In this document: positions 31,072 to 40,971 of the stretch, piece after piece
Layout: every line of letters starts with the position of its first letter
Position numbering within the stretch: the stretch's first letter is position 1
Source of the DNA: an uncultured virus (IMG/VR IMGVR_UViG_3300013119_000619)
Lineage: Duplodnaviria > Heunggongvirae > Uroviricota > Caudoviricetes
Virus record (IMG/VR): IMGVR_UViG_3300013119_000619
Reading direction: 5' to 3' (one strand)
DNA: 64,000 nt
The notes under the pieces: generated by a model
The model's input: the letters and a program-made list of their open reading frames with translations, nothing else
What the model was told of the DNA's origin: nothing
The model's database searches: none
Position numbers and translations under genes: made by a program

Positions 31072-31328
31072 TAACTTAATCCTGTCCCTGGTGCTCCTGT
31101 TCCAGTTCCTGTGACAGTTGCACCTGCTACTGGTCCAGTTGGAGTACACACTCCACCAACCGCAGTGCCAGTTACAGTTGTTGTTACAGTTGCAGTTTTG
31201 ACAAATGTATCAATTGCCGTAGCCATGTCCTGTGCTAATTTTGTTTGTGATGCAGGACTTGGATCTGATTGTGATGTTTTCAGGGCGGCTTCAAGTTGGC
31301 TCGCTAATGTTGCTGGTACTAATGCCAT
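31071..31328 (-). CDS. Small helical-hairpin + TG-rich protein, paralog 1
   Basis: MALVPATLASQLEAALKTSQSDPSPASQ...TVTGTGTG; AGGAG RBS. Confidence 0.85.
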   Translation of the reverse strand: MALVPATLASQLEAALKTSQSDPSPASQTKLAQDMATAIDTFVKTATVTTTVTGTAVGGVCTPTGPVAGATVTGTGTGAPGTGLS

Positions 31329-31336
31329 TATTCTCC

Positions 31337-34300
31337 TTATGATGCAGTCGTAAAAGAACCAAATTCTTGTGCAGTAGATATAGCACGTCCACCATCATTT
31401 GAACCTCCAGAATTTGCTTTAACGTAATAACGTGTTCCTGCACTTAATGCGGATGATGGAGTTGCTATAATTTGATTTCCAAATCTTCCTGATTTCGATA
31501 GTGTAACCGTAATTGGGGATGCAAAATTCGAATTATTATCTATCAAAATTTCAGCACCAGCACTAGAAGCAAAGGCCGATATATTCACCGCTTCACTATA
31601 ATGAAAAATTATTGGACTATTTACTGATGCAGAACTTGTTTTACTATTATTATTTTCTGTGCCTAAAATTACTTCTGTCCCATCTGTGTTAAATACTGTT
31701 GCATTTATACCTTTAAAATCAGGCGATATTCCTGTTCCTATTCTTGCACTTGAAGACGTATATTCCGAGGCAGTGTTTTTTGCGCCTTTTGTTTTTGCAT
31801 CTCTCGTAACTTTTACATAGTAATAATCATTTTGTGATAGTCTTAAACTTGTATTGGCAAGAATTACTGGTTTGAATTCGTACTTTGATCCATTCTCAGT
31901 AATTGTTGGATTTGGCAACAATGGTATACAATTTGTAAAACTGCTATCTTTTGATAATATAACGGTATCTGATGAATTAACTTGATTATCAGTTGAATTT
32001 ACGATAATAGTATCAGTATTCATAGTTTGACTAAATTTTATTATAACATTCGAATCATGATCAATACCTGTTCTGCTTGATGATAATTCCAATAATGTAT
32101 CAGAAGTATTTCTCATAAACGATGTTACACTCAAGGCAGTGGATTGAGTAGAAAATCCAGTATTAGTTATTGCCGTCATCGTGCCTTTAACACCTGATGT
32201 AACACCTGTCAAAATACCGTCAGTAGTGTCAAATGCGATTGAAGTATTCGAATGTCTAATTCTTAAACTTGGATCACTAAAATTTAAAACCACACCAGAG
32301 GCGGCTGGCGTTATGGATGCACTTGATGTAGTTATTGTTTCGCCAGATGAGAGTCCCACTAATACTTCACCTGGTAGAAACTCTTTGACTGTTTCATCTT
32401 CGCTTGCTATCTCAGTGTATTCTATCGATGTAAGAGTTCCACTACCAGGAGTATGAGTCCTTAATATACCTTTTGCCAGAGATGTTGTTCCTAATAAAGT
32501 TTCATTTAAAGTTACGGCTCCACTATTTGCTCCCACACTTGCGGTTCTTGTTCCAATAACTGTTTCTCCTGTTGTAAATGATCCAGATACACTTCCAACA
32601 GTTAAAGTTTTTGAAGAAGAAACATTATCCTTTACTAGAAAATTTTGATTTGGTGATTCATCTGCAACACCTTTTGTAACTTTTACTACATATGCTACAT
32701 TTGACGAAACATTATCTACAGGACTAAATGTGAATGTATCATTTCTTTCGTTTGTTGTTGAAACGGCTGGTTGAGCATCCATTTGAATGACTGTGTTAAA
32801 ATCATCAGCCGAAATTTGTATTGTACCAAAAGGATCTGTATTAGTAGAATTGACATTAACCGTTTCAACGTTCATAGATTCATTAAATTGCACAACAAAG
32901 TTATCTGTAAAATTCACTGCTACACCAGTAGGTGATGCAGAAATTTCTTCAACATTTGAACTTTCTAGCACATTTGATCCTAAACTTATTTTTTCTATTA
33001 TTGGAGGTATGCTATCGACAAAAACAAGTTCTTTACCAGTTAATGGATCATAACTTTTTATACCAGTCGAAAAAGTGTCAGCGGTGATGTAATTTACATC
33101 TGTATTTGTATCACCAAGATCTCTAACATTTGTTGTGACTTTCACTTTATATGACTTACTACGTAATAGTGTTTCTGGAACTATTGTAAATAAAGAATTT
33201 CCTGTATTTGCTGATATAGATTTGCAATTCACTAAACCAGTTGATGTAGCAAAATTATCATCTGACAATTGAATAGTGGCTGCCGTTTTGTCATAACCAG
33301 TAGTTGAAGAAGTGCCATTCGCATAAATGAAATGTGAAGCATTTGCCACACATATCGTACTTGTATTCATAGATTGACTAAAACGAACCTGAAAAGCAGT
33401 TGCTTGTAATGCAGGAGTATCGCCTGTCTTTAAATTAATTTTGCCTGTTAAAGGAGTTGCAGGCGATCTCGGTTCATTTGCAACTTCATATGTAAATCTA
33501 AAAGAATCGATAACAGTTTGTACAGTTGCAGAAATATTATAATCAGTTTCATTACAACCCTCTATTTTTATTGAGTCACCTATGTTTAACGCATGAATTG
33601 AATTCGTAAAAACTGTTGCGGTCGTACCGCTCCTTGTAATTTCAATTACTTCTAAATGTCTTGTTATCGCATCATTCGCATTTGGCACAAAATCTGTTAC
33701 CGTAGGTGCAGATGTGTTAAATGGGTGTGTGTTATGAGTAGGATTTGTGTTTGCACTCACAAACATAGTGATTGTGCCTTGCTTTAAAATAATATTATTT
33801 GCGAAATTATCAGTTGATTTAATAATATTTGATTCTGAACCAGTCACTGGAACATAACTTAGTTGATTATTTGTGTCATCAAATCTTATACTCTTCGCAA
33901 AATTTTTAGTAGTGGTCGTTGGTAAAAATTGTTGTATTTCTTTATTTAATTCTATATCAACAAAATTTTTTCTTGGGTTTGAGGTTGCTTTTATTTGTAT
34001 ATTGTTTGTTCTTTCTGTAGAAACAATCTCATCATCAGCAGAAAAATCAACGTAAAAATTTATTCTACCAGCAATACCATGTAAATTATTGACACCATCT
34101 AATGTTATAGTAGTTGTTCCTACGCTTGATATTGAGTAAGTTCTTTTTGATAATCCACTACCACTCACTATATCATATATTGTAATTTTATTATCAGCAA
34201 ATAATCCGTGAGCAGATGGTGTTGTTATTACGCATGGACTGGCGGCGGTAAATGCAACATTTATGAAGTAACAAACTGGATTTAGATTATAGGTTAATAT

Positions 34301-34984
34301 TGAAACCTCATCGTGTTCAAAAACAGTTGCTACTGGTAGATTTCTTCCAGATTTTTTAACAACTTCATCTTTTTCAAACTTTAATTCATTATCCGAGGGT
34401 AAATTAATGATGTGACCATTAAAAGGTCTAGAACTTAAAATTACACTTCTAGTATTGTCCGTGACAAAACCTGTACCAACGGTAAACGAGGTTTCGCTAC
34501 CATCGTTGTCTTGAACATCTTTAGTCACATTAAAAATGTATGTAGAATTACTGGCTAAATTAACTACTGGTTCAAAAGAAAATGTAGCGTTTGCATTTGA
34601 TATAACTGGTTGTGATAACATTTCTACTTCAATAGTAGCATCTTGATCTTTTATCAACGTACCAGGAGAAGAAGATATAACAAAAGGAGGGCTACTCGTA
34701 CCTTTTTTTAATCTTAAATTTAAAGAATCGGCATCAGAACCAAGTCCTGGATCACCAACACAAGATAACTGCACAGAACCTCTTTTACCTCTTTCGCTTA
34801 CATCTATGTCTGTATTATTTGTATGAAGAGATATTGTTTCAGAATCCATTAGATCATCAAAAGTAAGTATAAATGATTTCTCTATAGGTACAAAGATAGT
34901 ATTATTTGAGAAATTATTTTGATTGATTTCATCAACATCAAAATCACTTGCAGTTGAATCAATTTGTTCTCTATTAAATGCCAT
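31337..34984 (-). CDS. Large Ig-like (Big_5-type) repeat virion protein
   Basis: About five repeats of F-[SND]-x-x-M-[ND]...F/I-x-P...L....Y-x-V-x-V-T (e.g. VQFNESMNVETV...FTFSPVDNVSSNVAYVVKVTKGVAD). Confidence 0.8.
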   Translation of the reverse strand: MAFNREQIDSTASDFDVDEINQNNFSNNTIFVPIEKSFILTFDDLMDSETISLHTNNTDIDVSERGKRGSVQLSCVGDPGLGSDADSLNLRLKKGTSSPPFVISSSPGTLIKDQDATIEVEMLSQPVISNANATFSFEPVVNLASNSTYIFNVTKDVQDNDGSETSFTVGTGFVTDNTRSVILSSRPFNGHIINLPSDNELKFEKDEVVKKSGRNLPVATVFEHDEVSILTYNLNPVCYFINVAFTAASPCVITTPSAHGLFADNKITIYDIVSGSGLSKRTYSISSVGTTTITLDGVNNLHGIAGRINFYVDFSADDEIVSTERTNNIQIKATSNPRKNFVDIELNKEIQQFLPTTTTKNFAKSIRFDDTNNQLSYVPVTGSESNIIKSTDNFANNIILKQGTITMFVSANTNPTHNTHPFNTSAPTVTDFVPNANDAITRHLEVIEITRSGTTATVFTNSIHALNIGDSIKIEGCNETDYNISATVQTVIDSFRFTYEVANEPRSPATPLTGKINLKTGDTPALQATAFQVRFSQSMNTSTICVANASHFIYANGTSSTTGYDKTAATIQLSDDNFATSTGLVNCKSISANTGNSLFTIVPETLLRSKSYKVKVTTNVRDLGDTNTDVNYITADTFSTGIKSYDPLTGKELVFVDSIPPIIEKISLGSNVLESSNVEEISASPTGVAVNFTDNFVVQFNESMNVETVNVNSTNTDPFGTIQISADDFNTVIQMDAQPAVSTTNERNDTFTFSPVDNVSSNVAYVVKVTKGVADESPNQNFLVKDNVSSSKTLTVGSVSGSFTTGETVIGTRTASVGANSGAVTLNETLLGTTSLAKGILRTHTPGSGTLTSIEYTEIASEDETVKEFLPGEVLVGLSSGETITTSSASITPAASGVVLNFSDPSLRIRHSNTSIAFDTTDGILTGVTSGVKGTMTAITNTGFSTQSTALSVTSFMRNTSDTLLELSSSRTGIDHDSNVIIKFSQTMNTDTIIVNSTDNQVNSSDTVILSKDSSFTNCIPLLPNPTITENGSKYEFKPVILANTSLRLSQNDYYYVKVTRDAKTKGAKNTASEYTSSSARIGTGISPDFKGINATVFNTDGTEVILGTENNNSKTSSASVNSPIIFHYSEAVNISAFASSAGAEILIDNNSNFASPITVTLSKSGRFGNQIIATPSSALSAGTRYYVKANSGGSNDGGRAISTAQEFGSFTTAS

Positions 34985-37900
34985 TATAGTAATCCAATAT
35001 CAATTATTGTAGTTGGCGATGTTGTAAATCCTAAAGTCATCTCAAACCCCTCTTTGAGTTGTTGATTACTTTTATTTAATATGGATTTTTTTATTTTAAG
35101 TTTAAAGTTTGTTTTTGATTCTAGTTTATCTTGTGGTTTAATAATAACTGATTTTATAACTTCTATCTCTTGTTCGTTTACAGTTATAGTTTCCCTAATT
35201 GGTTGTACTGAATAATTTAATGGTGTTGAGGTTACAAAATTATCATTTGATAATATTACATTTCCCCCATCAGCATTTGTCGATCTTGTGGGGATCATTG
35301 ACCCATAGTTTATATCGACATCAAAAATAAAATCATTTCCTTTTGCATCTTTTATTAATTGTTTTTCACCATCAGTCAAAGATTTGCTATCATTTTTGAA
35401 CGTAATTTTTATTTGGGTGTCTTTTCTAACAAGTTCGGCACCCTCTGCTTGTATAAAAACATTATCATTTATAGATCCTGCTTGTTTTATTTCAATCTTA
35501 TCAACCTCTGGCTGTACTTTTTCAAGTAAAGATTTCACTGATGTATCATCAGTTGTTGTTTTTTCTGATTGAGGATTTTCTTTTTCTTCTACTTTCTTCA
35601 AACCACTCGTTAATAAAAATTTCTCTAATAGTTTAGTATCGTTTCCTTGTGCATAGAAAACAAACCCTCCACTATATTTTAAAGAGTCGAGATCTGACCA
35701 ATTAATCAATTGTTCACCCACGCTTTCAGGGTTTTCTTTTTGTACAAGTTTTAATACTTCTGCTTGAACTTCTTCACCATCACCTCCAATTCTATTTACT
35801 ACGACAGGTTCAAGAGAAAATTCTTTAACCGGTTCAAGATTGACGTTTTTTATTTTTGCACTAGAAAGACTTCTTTTAAAACCGTTGACGCCATCATTAC
35901 CAGAAAAACTTGCAAAATACAACCCTGATTTATCCAATCCTGATGCTAAAAATTGAAGCAGATTTTGTATTTCTTTGTTTAATGTTTTTAAATCTCGTAC
36001 AAGATCCTCAAAATATTGAATCCATTTGTTTATGTCTTCTAATGAACCAGAAGCCAAATCTTTTGCAAATTCCAATTTATCTATTATACGATCTAAAACT
36101 TTTCCGTATACTGGAAAAATATCTTGTATTCGTGTAAACTTCCAATTTGGAATACTTGATCTTGTGGCAGTTGTTTTATGTAAAGTCAACGGCACATCAA
36201 GAAATGCATTATTAACGACTTTATTCGGTACTATCACATCCTTAGAATTATATGGTTCAATCTCACCAGACTTCGTAAGTCTACCAAGTTCGATTGTAAT
36301 TTCATACATACTTTCATATTCAATATCTTTTGAAGAAGAAGATTTTTTTCTAGTTTTAAATAATTGTGTTTTTATATCTTGTTTTTTAAGTTCTGTCCCA
36401 TTTATTAAAACCTTTCTGATACATGGTGTTAATCCCATACCAGGAAATAAAGTCCACCCCAATCTGTCAAAAGGATTTACAGGAATGTTCATTTCAGATA
36501 CAGATGATGAAACTATAAAATTATGCGTGATTGGAGACCCAATAGTAAGATTTTCTACAAAATTTTCCATCATAACTTGAAAAGATAATTTACTAATCAA
36601 ATTTTGATCAGTATAGATATCGGTGACGGTTAAAGGATCATCTTGTGCAGTACCTGTTGAGTTATATTTAATAAATTCATCATTAACTGGTAAAACTGTT
36701 CTTAAAATATTACTTTCGGTATGCATAGTTGCTTTAATTTTTAAAGCAGGCTGTAATTCAGGAACATCAGGATTAGTTGGAGCAAACATAGGAAAATTCA
36801 AAGAATCTTTTGCCCCTTGAACACCTTGACCCGTTTTCAAAATACCAAATGAATCTAATTGTTTTCCATCTAATGCAATAATCGGAGGGACATTAATTTG
36901 TTGCATAGGTGAACTTGTATTATGTTTAATATTTCCTCTGACTTTTCTTACTTTTAATTTATTACTAATAACATGTCCATCTTTAACTCGTATCTCTACG
37001 TGTCTGACAACTTCTGCGGTGAAATCATTAAATACATGACCCTGTTGAATTAATGTGCCCTCCGCAAACATTGGTATTGTCACACCATTATGCGTATTAT
37101 TTTTAGGAGTAAATATTTTTTCTTCTGTTATTGCGGACAAATCTCTCATCGATGTATTATCTAAGGTATAGAATTTTTCTTGTAAAACCGTTGTATCGAG
37201 ACTAATATTGTTTCTCTTTTTTTCTAGTGCATTTCTTTTTGCTTGAATTTGCTTCACCTTTTCTATTTTATCATTAAAATTTGATTGTAAATTATTTGCT
37301 TCAGCAGTTGCATTGGCTAAATGTCTTCCGTATTCCTGTTGTGTAATTAATTCGGCTCTAACATTTTCAGATGCCTTTGTTGCTAAGTTTGATAAACGAG
37401 CAATCTCTTGTTCTATTGATACTGTATCTGGTGAAGTTAATAATTGTTGTTGTAAATCATTTATTTGAGTTGAATAGTTGGCCACTTCGCTAAATGCATT
37501 TGTGTATCGTTCTCTGGATTTTTTTAAGTTTCCTTTATATTTTTTAATATTTTCAGAATTTGCACCAAAAAGTAATTCTACTCCTGCTTCATTTTCAGCA
37601 TCTTGTGCATCAGAGATTTCATTTGCAACATCTACTATTTCACTATCGGCCGCACTTATAGCATTTTTTGTTTCTAGTAATAAATCAGTCTCTAATCCAG
37701 CAATTACTAATGGGTGTCCTAATTCGATATCTGTAATTTTATCATCTTGTAGATCAGGTATGTTTTTCAAAAAATTCGCAAAAAATTTAAGAAGTGAATT
37801 AATCATATCTCTCAAAGCATGATGAGTTGGTAACGCAAAAAAACCTACAAATGCTATATAATCACCGCTACCAATAGGTCTTCCTGGATCATTAGAGTCA

Positions 37901-38715
37901 TCAAATGAACTACTAACTTCTGAAACAAATTGTGAAGGAGTTAATGTTCTTATCTGAAATGATTCGTTTAATGAATTTATAAAACGTTTTGTTGCATTAT
38001 CACCTTCTTCCCATTCTTTTGGATTTAAATAATTGTAAATTGTATTTAAAGTATTATTAACAAATGTTTTATCTAAATTTTTTGTCTCAATAGTTCGACC
38101 CTCATCGTCTGTTGAGATTGATACCTGCTCAAAAGCCGAAAAACCAAATGGTTGAGTATCTAAAGATTCTGCTCCTTGTTGTTGTAACTCATCACTTGCT
38201 TCATCCTCATTCCAAGTATTATCATCCGCTACAAGTGCATCTAGAAAAGATTGGTCCGCACCAGCATCTAACATTTCCTGATTTGTTACTCCATCACCTA
38301 AGACAGTTACGGATTGAAATTGATTTGTTCTAGGATCCCATTTTAAATTGTCAGGCTCAATATCGTTTAATGCAACAATTAGTGACTGTATGGCCTCTAA
38401 TGCCTTAGTAGAATCAATGCCACTTTCTACCTGCCCAACTTCCCATGGCCATACAGATAACGTACCAAATCCAATATTTTTTAAATCTTCAATCGCTTCA
38501 ATCAATTGATCTATTGCAGGTATTAATATTAATGCTATTGGATCAGCAATTGCCTTTAAATAAATTTTAGTTAGATTTAAAAATTCAACTAAGGTACCTA
38601 GTCCACCAGAAACATCACTTGCAAACGTTGCAATATTTGTTAATACTGCATTTAGCAAAGGATCGTTTTGATCAAATAATTTTTTCTGGTCAAATAATAC
38701 AGGTGCTTCAGCCAT
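34984..38715 (-). CDS. Large hypothetical protein (amphipathic helices, central coiled coil, C-terminal Ig-like segment)
   Basis: 1243-aa ORF coupled into the baseplate operon; no recognisable family. Confidence 0.8.
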   Translation of the reverse strand: MAEAPVLFDQKKLFDQNDPLLNAVLTNIATFASDVSGGLGTLVEFLNLTKIYLKAIADPIALILIPAIDQLIEAIEDLKNIGFGTLSVWPWEVGQVESGIDSTKALEAIQSLIVALNDIEPDNLKWDPRTNQFQSVTVLGDGVTNQEMLDAGADQSFLDALVADDNTWNEDEASDELQQQGAESLDTQPFGFSAFEQVSISTDDEGRTIETKNLDKTFVNNTLNTIYNYLNPKEWEEGDNATKRFINSLNESFQIRTLTPSQFVSEVSSSFDDSNDPGRPIGSGDYIAFVGFFALPTHHALRDMINSLLKFFANFLKNIPDLQDDKITDIELGHPLVIAGLETDLLLETKNAISAADSEIVDVANEISDAQDAENEAGVELLFGANSENIKKYKGNLKKSRERYTNAFSEVANYSTQINDLQQQLLTSPDTVSIEQEIARLSNLATKASENVRAELITQQEYGRHLANATAEANNLQSNFNDKIEKVKQIQAKRNALEKKRNNISLDTTVLQEKFYTLDNTSMRDLSAITEEKIFTPKNNTHNGVTIPMFAEGTLIQQGHVFNDFTAEVVRHVEIRVKDGHVISNKLKVRKVRGNIKHNTSSPMQQINVPPIIALDGKQLDSFGILKTGQGVQGAKDSLNFPMFAPTNPDVPELQPALKIKATMHTESNILRTVLPVNDEFIKYNSTGTAQDDPLTVTDIYTDQNLISKLSFQVMMENFVENLTIGSPITHNFIVSSSVSEMNIPVNPFDRLGWTLFPGMGLTPCIRKVLINGTELKKQDIKTQLFKTRKKSSSSKDIEYESMYEITIELGRLTKSGEIEPYNSKDVIVPNKVVNNAFLDVPLTLHKTTATRSSIPNWKFTRIQDIFPVYGKVLDRIIDKLEFAKDLASGSLEDINKWIQYFEDLVRDLKTLNKEIQNLLQFLASGLDKSGLYFASFSGNDGVNGFKRSLSSAKIKNVNLEPVKEFSLEPVVVNRIGGDGEEVQAEVLKLVQKENPESVGEQLINWSDLDSLKYSGGFVFYAQGNDTKLLEKFLLTSGLKKVEEKENPQSEKTTTDDTSVKSLLEKVQPEVDKIEIKQAGSINDNVFIQAEGAELVRKDTQIKITFKNDSKSLTDGEKQLIKDAKGNDFIFDVDINYGSMIPTRSTNADGGNVILSNDNFVTSTPLNYSVQPIRETITVNEQEIEVIKSVIIKPQDKLESKTNFKLKIKKSILNKSNQQLKEGFEMTLGFTTSPTTIIDIGLL
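38197..38294. repeat. 98-bp perfect direct repeat, copy 1
   Basis: Identical to 41932-42029; encodes GVTNQEMLDAGADQSFLDALVADDNTWNEDEA. Confidence 0.97.
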
Positions 38716-38866
38716 TCTTTAACTCATCTCTATTTTGTCTCATTTCTTTTAACTTATTCTCTAAGAAATCCAAATATTGGATATTAAAATCTAATGTTTT
38801 TTGTAAAACATTTTCTAATTTATGATTTCTAATTTTCTGTTCTTCAAATATTACGTCTTCTGTCAT
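38708..38866 (-). CDS. 52-aa hypothetical coiled-coil protein (not in ORF track)
   Basis: ATGA overlap with gp5 stop; MTEDVIFEEQKIRNHKLENVLQKTLDFNIQYLDFLENKLKEMRQNRDELKNG; stop overlaps next start. Confidence 0.7.
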   Translation of the reverse strand: MTEDVIFEEQKIRNHKLENVLQKTLDFNIQYLDFLENKLKEMRQNRDELKNG

Positions 38867-40971
38867 GCTAATAATGCCTTTAATTTGACTTGTACTGCCG
38901 TTAAAGCAGGTGCGTTTATTGGAGGTCCACTCGGACCAACGCCAGTCGGTACGTTTAATTGCAAAAGTGCCTGCATCAATTCATCTAATATAGCACCCAA
39001 TGAACCAATCTTATTTTCTATTGTTATTTTGCCTATTGCACCTACACTTATGGTGGCTAACAAATTTTCTATCGTTAAACTACCAAGAGTGCTAGAAATG
39101 CTTACAGGTCCTAATGTTGACATATCCATTTTTACCTTAGCACTTAACGAATACTTACCTAATGTTGAAAAATCAAAGCCTAATGCATTCATAGACGATG
39201 AAGTAAGTGAACCTACAGGACCAACATTTACATCAAAACCTCCTAATGGATTAATAGAATTGACTTCCATTTTACCTCCAAGAATATTAACTTGCTTTCC
39301 TATGTTAAATTCTCCAGGAAAACCAAACGTGAGTAATCCATTTATAGTTTCTTTTGAACCAAATGTTGCAGACATTTTAATAGATTTATTCGCATTAATT
39401 GTATAATCTCCTGTCACAATATTGTGATTTGAAGAATTCATTTGTATGGCGCCCTCAGATTTATAATTCATAGACTTGGATCTCAAATCTATTTGGCCCA
39501 TATTAAAACCTTTTAAATTATAATTGTCTAATCCAAAAGATTTTTGATCTATAGGTTTACCATCACCTGATGTAAAAACAACATCAGTACCCTTTAATAT
39601 CACTCTACCATTACCACCTGCAACAATATTAATATCACCATTTTCAGTAACAATTGATGCATTACCCGATCCTATTTTGACATTATATGCATTTGTAGAA
39701 GTGCTATCATTAAGACTAGGAGATACTGTTTTAGCACTTCCGTTTACGTATAGATCATAAAACCCATTTATATTTGTAAATGAATTGCCTAAAGCATGAG
39801 TATTAATATTTGAGTCAACCATATCAAACTTTTCACCTACGGTATTATCAACCCTATCACCGTCTTGTAAAAATTCTAAATATGATGTTGATCGATGCAT
39901 AAGTCTCATACGTTCTTTATTTGGAGTATCATCCATTTCAAAAAGATGTCCACTTTCAGAATATGTCACATGATTAAATGGATATGAAGGCTCACCTAAA
40001 GTTCCTGTACTTCCAGGTTGGCTGATTTTTTTGTCAGGGTTTGTAGTCTCAATATTTGTATGTAACGCAACTCTATAATCTTCTAGTTCTAGATTGATAC
40101 GATGGGTTCTGAATATAACACTCGTGAATGGATTTTTTTGATCTATAAATTTGTCTTTATTTTTTTGCTTTGCGGACGCAAGAATATTGGTTGTTGGTAA
40201 ACTGTATTCTAAAAAACCATTCTCATTAAATGATGTTCTATTTTCATTTGGATGTGCAGAAAAATTAATATAAGACCCTAATCTTACATTTTCGGTATTA
40301 TCAGGAACATATGCAGTTGTGTAGTCATTTGTATTGATAGGTCTTCTCAAACCTTTGATGACAATTTCTGCTTTTTGTGCTATGTCATCTCTTGATAATT
40401 CTAAAAATGATTTATGTTTTGCCCACGAACTTGCACCATGTATTTCATGAAGTTTTGTACCGTCCTTAATGTTTTGTGAAAACACAGGGAAATGATTTAT
40501 TATCTTTGTTTTCTCTGGTGATTTCGTTCTTTCAATAAAAAGTGGGGGAAACGGATCTTGTTCTCTCTGTTCAGGTGTTCTTGGATCAAAAAACCCTCTT
40601 TCTGGATTTGACAATCTTTCAGGGACACCATTCAACGTACCAAGTACAACAGGTTCTTGTGCTTCATTTGCATCTCTAAAAAATCCAAACACATGTGTAC
40701 CAGGAACCATACCTGTAGGAGATCGTCCAATACCTGACATAGAAGCAGAGGTTATTGGATTGATCACATCTGCCCACGGTAAATCTTCTGTAGGTATACC
40801 AGAGCCAGGAGTTTTATCATCAGTATGCCAACCAATGCATCTAACTTTAACACGACCAAGATATAGTGGATCGTGACGATCTTCTACAACACCGTAGAAC
40901 CATACAAAACCATTTTTACCCATAAAAGATTGGGTATCAAATTCTTTAAATGCTTGAGCAAAATTTTCCAT
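38863..40971 (-). CDS. gp5: Baseplate central spike (T4 gp5-like), no evident lysozyme domain
   Basis: OB-fold FVWFYGVVEDRHDPLYLGRVKVRCIGWH, GFFRD...QEPVVLG; YPFNHV..SESGHLFEMDDTP..ER; beta-helix-like C-terminal half. Confidence 0.93.
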   Translation of the reverse strand: MENFAQAFKEFDTQSFMGKNGFVWFYGVVEDRHDPLYLGRVKVRCIGWHTDDKTPGSGIPTEDLPWADVINPITSASMSGIGRSPTGMVPGTHVFGFFRDANEAQEPVVLGTLNGVPERLSNPERGFFDPRTPEQREQDPFPPLFIERTKSPEKTKIINHFPVFSQNIKDGTKLHEIHGASSWAKHKSFLELSRDDIAQKAEIVIKGLRRPINTNDYTTAYVPDNTENVRLGSYINFSAHPNENRTSFNENGFLEYSLPTTNILASAKQKNKDKFIDQKNPFTSVIFRTHRINLELEDYRVALHTNIETTNPDKKISQPGSTGTLGEPSYPFNHVTYSESGHLFEMDDTPNKERMRLMHRSTSYLEFLQDGDRVDNTVGEKFDMVDSNINTHALGNSFTNINGFYDLYVNGSAKTVSPSLNDSTSTNAYNVKIGSGNASIVTENGDINIVAGGNGRVILKGTDVVFTSGDGKPIDQKSFGLDNYNLKGFNMGQIDLRSKSMNYKSEGAIQMNSSNHNIVTGDYTINANKSIKMSATFGSKETINGLLTFGFPGEFNIGKQVNILGGKMEVNSINPLGGFDVNVGPVGSLTSSSMNALGFDFSTLGKYSLSAKVKMDMSTLGPVSISSTLGSLTIENLLATISVGAIGKITIENKIGSLGAILDELMQALLQLNVPTGVGPSGPPINAPALTAVQVKLKALLA

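Noticed and set aside
31072..31149. Upstream extension of the 117-aa ORF
   Set aside because: Overlaps the paralog out of frame; true start at 31071 matches the paralog N-terminus.
24389..39406. Long antisense ORFs (24389-25057, 36026-36580, 38822-39406) and other short plus-strand ORFs over structural genes
   Set aside because: Lie opposite long, motif-supported or operon-coupled genes, lack RBS or motifs; expected from codon bias.
40000..40600. T4-type lysozyme domain in gp5
   Set aside because: No recognisable lysozyme catalytic motif between the OB fold and the YPFNHV segment.
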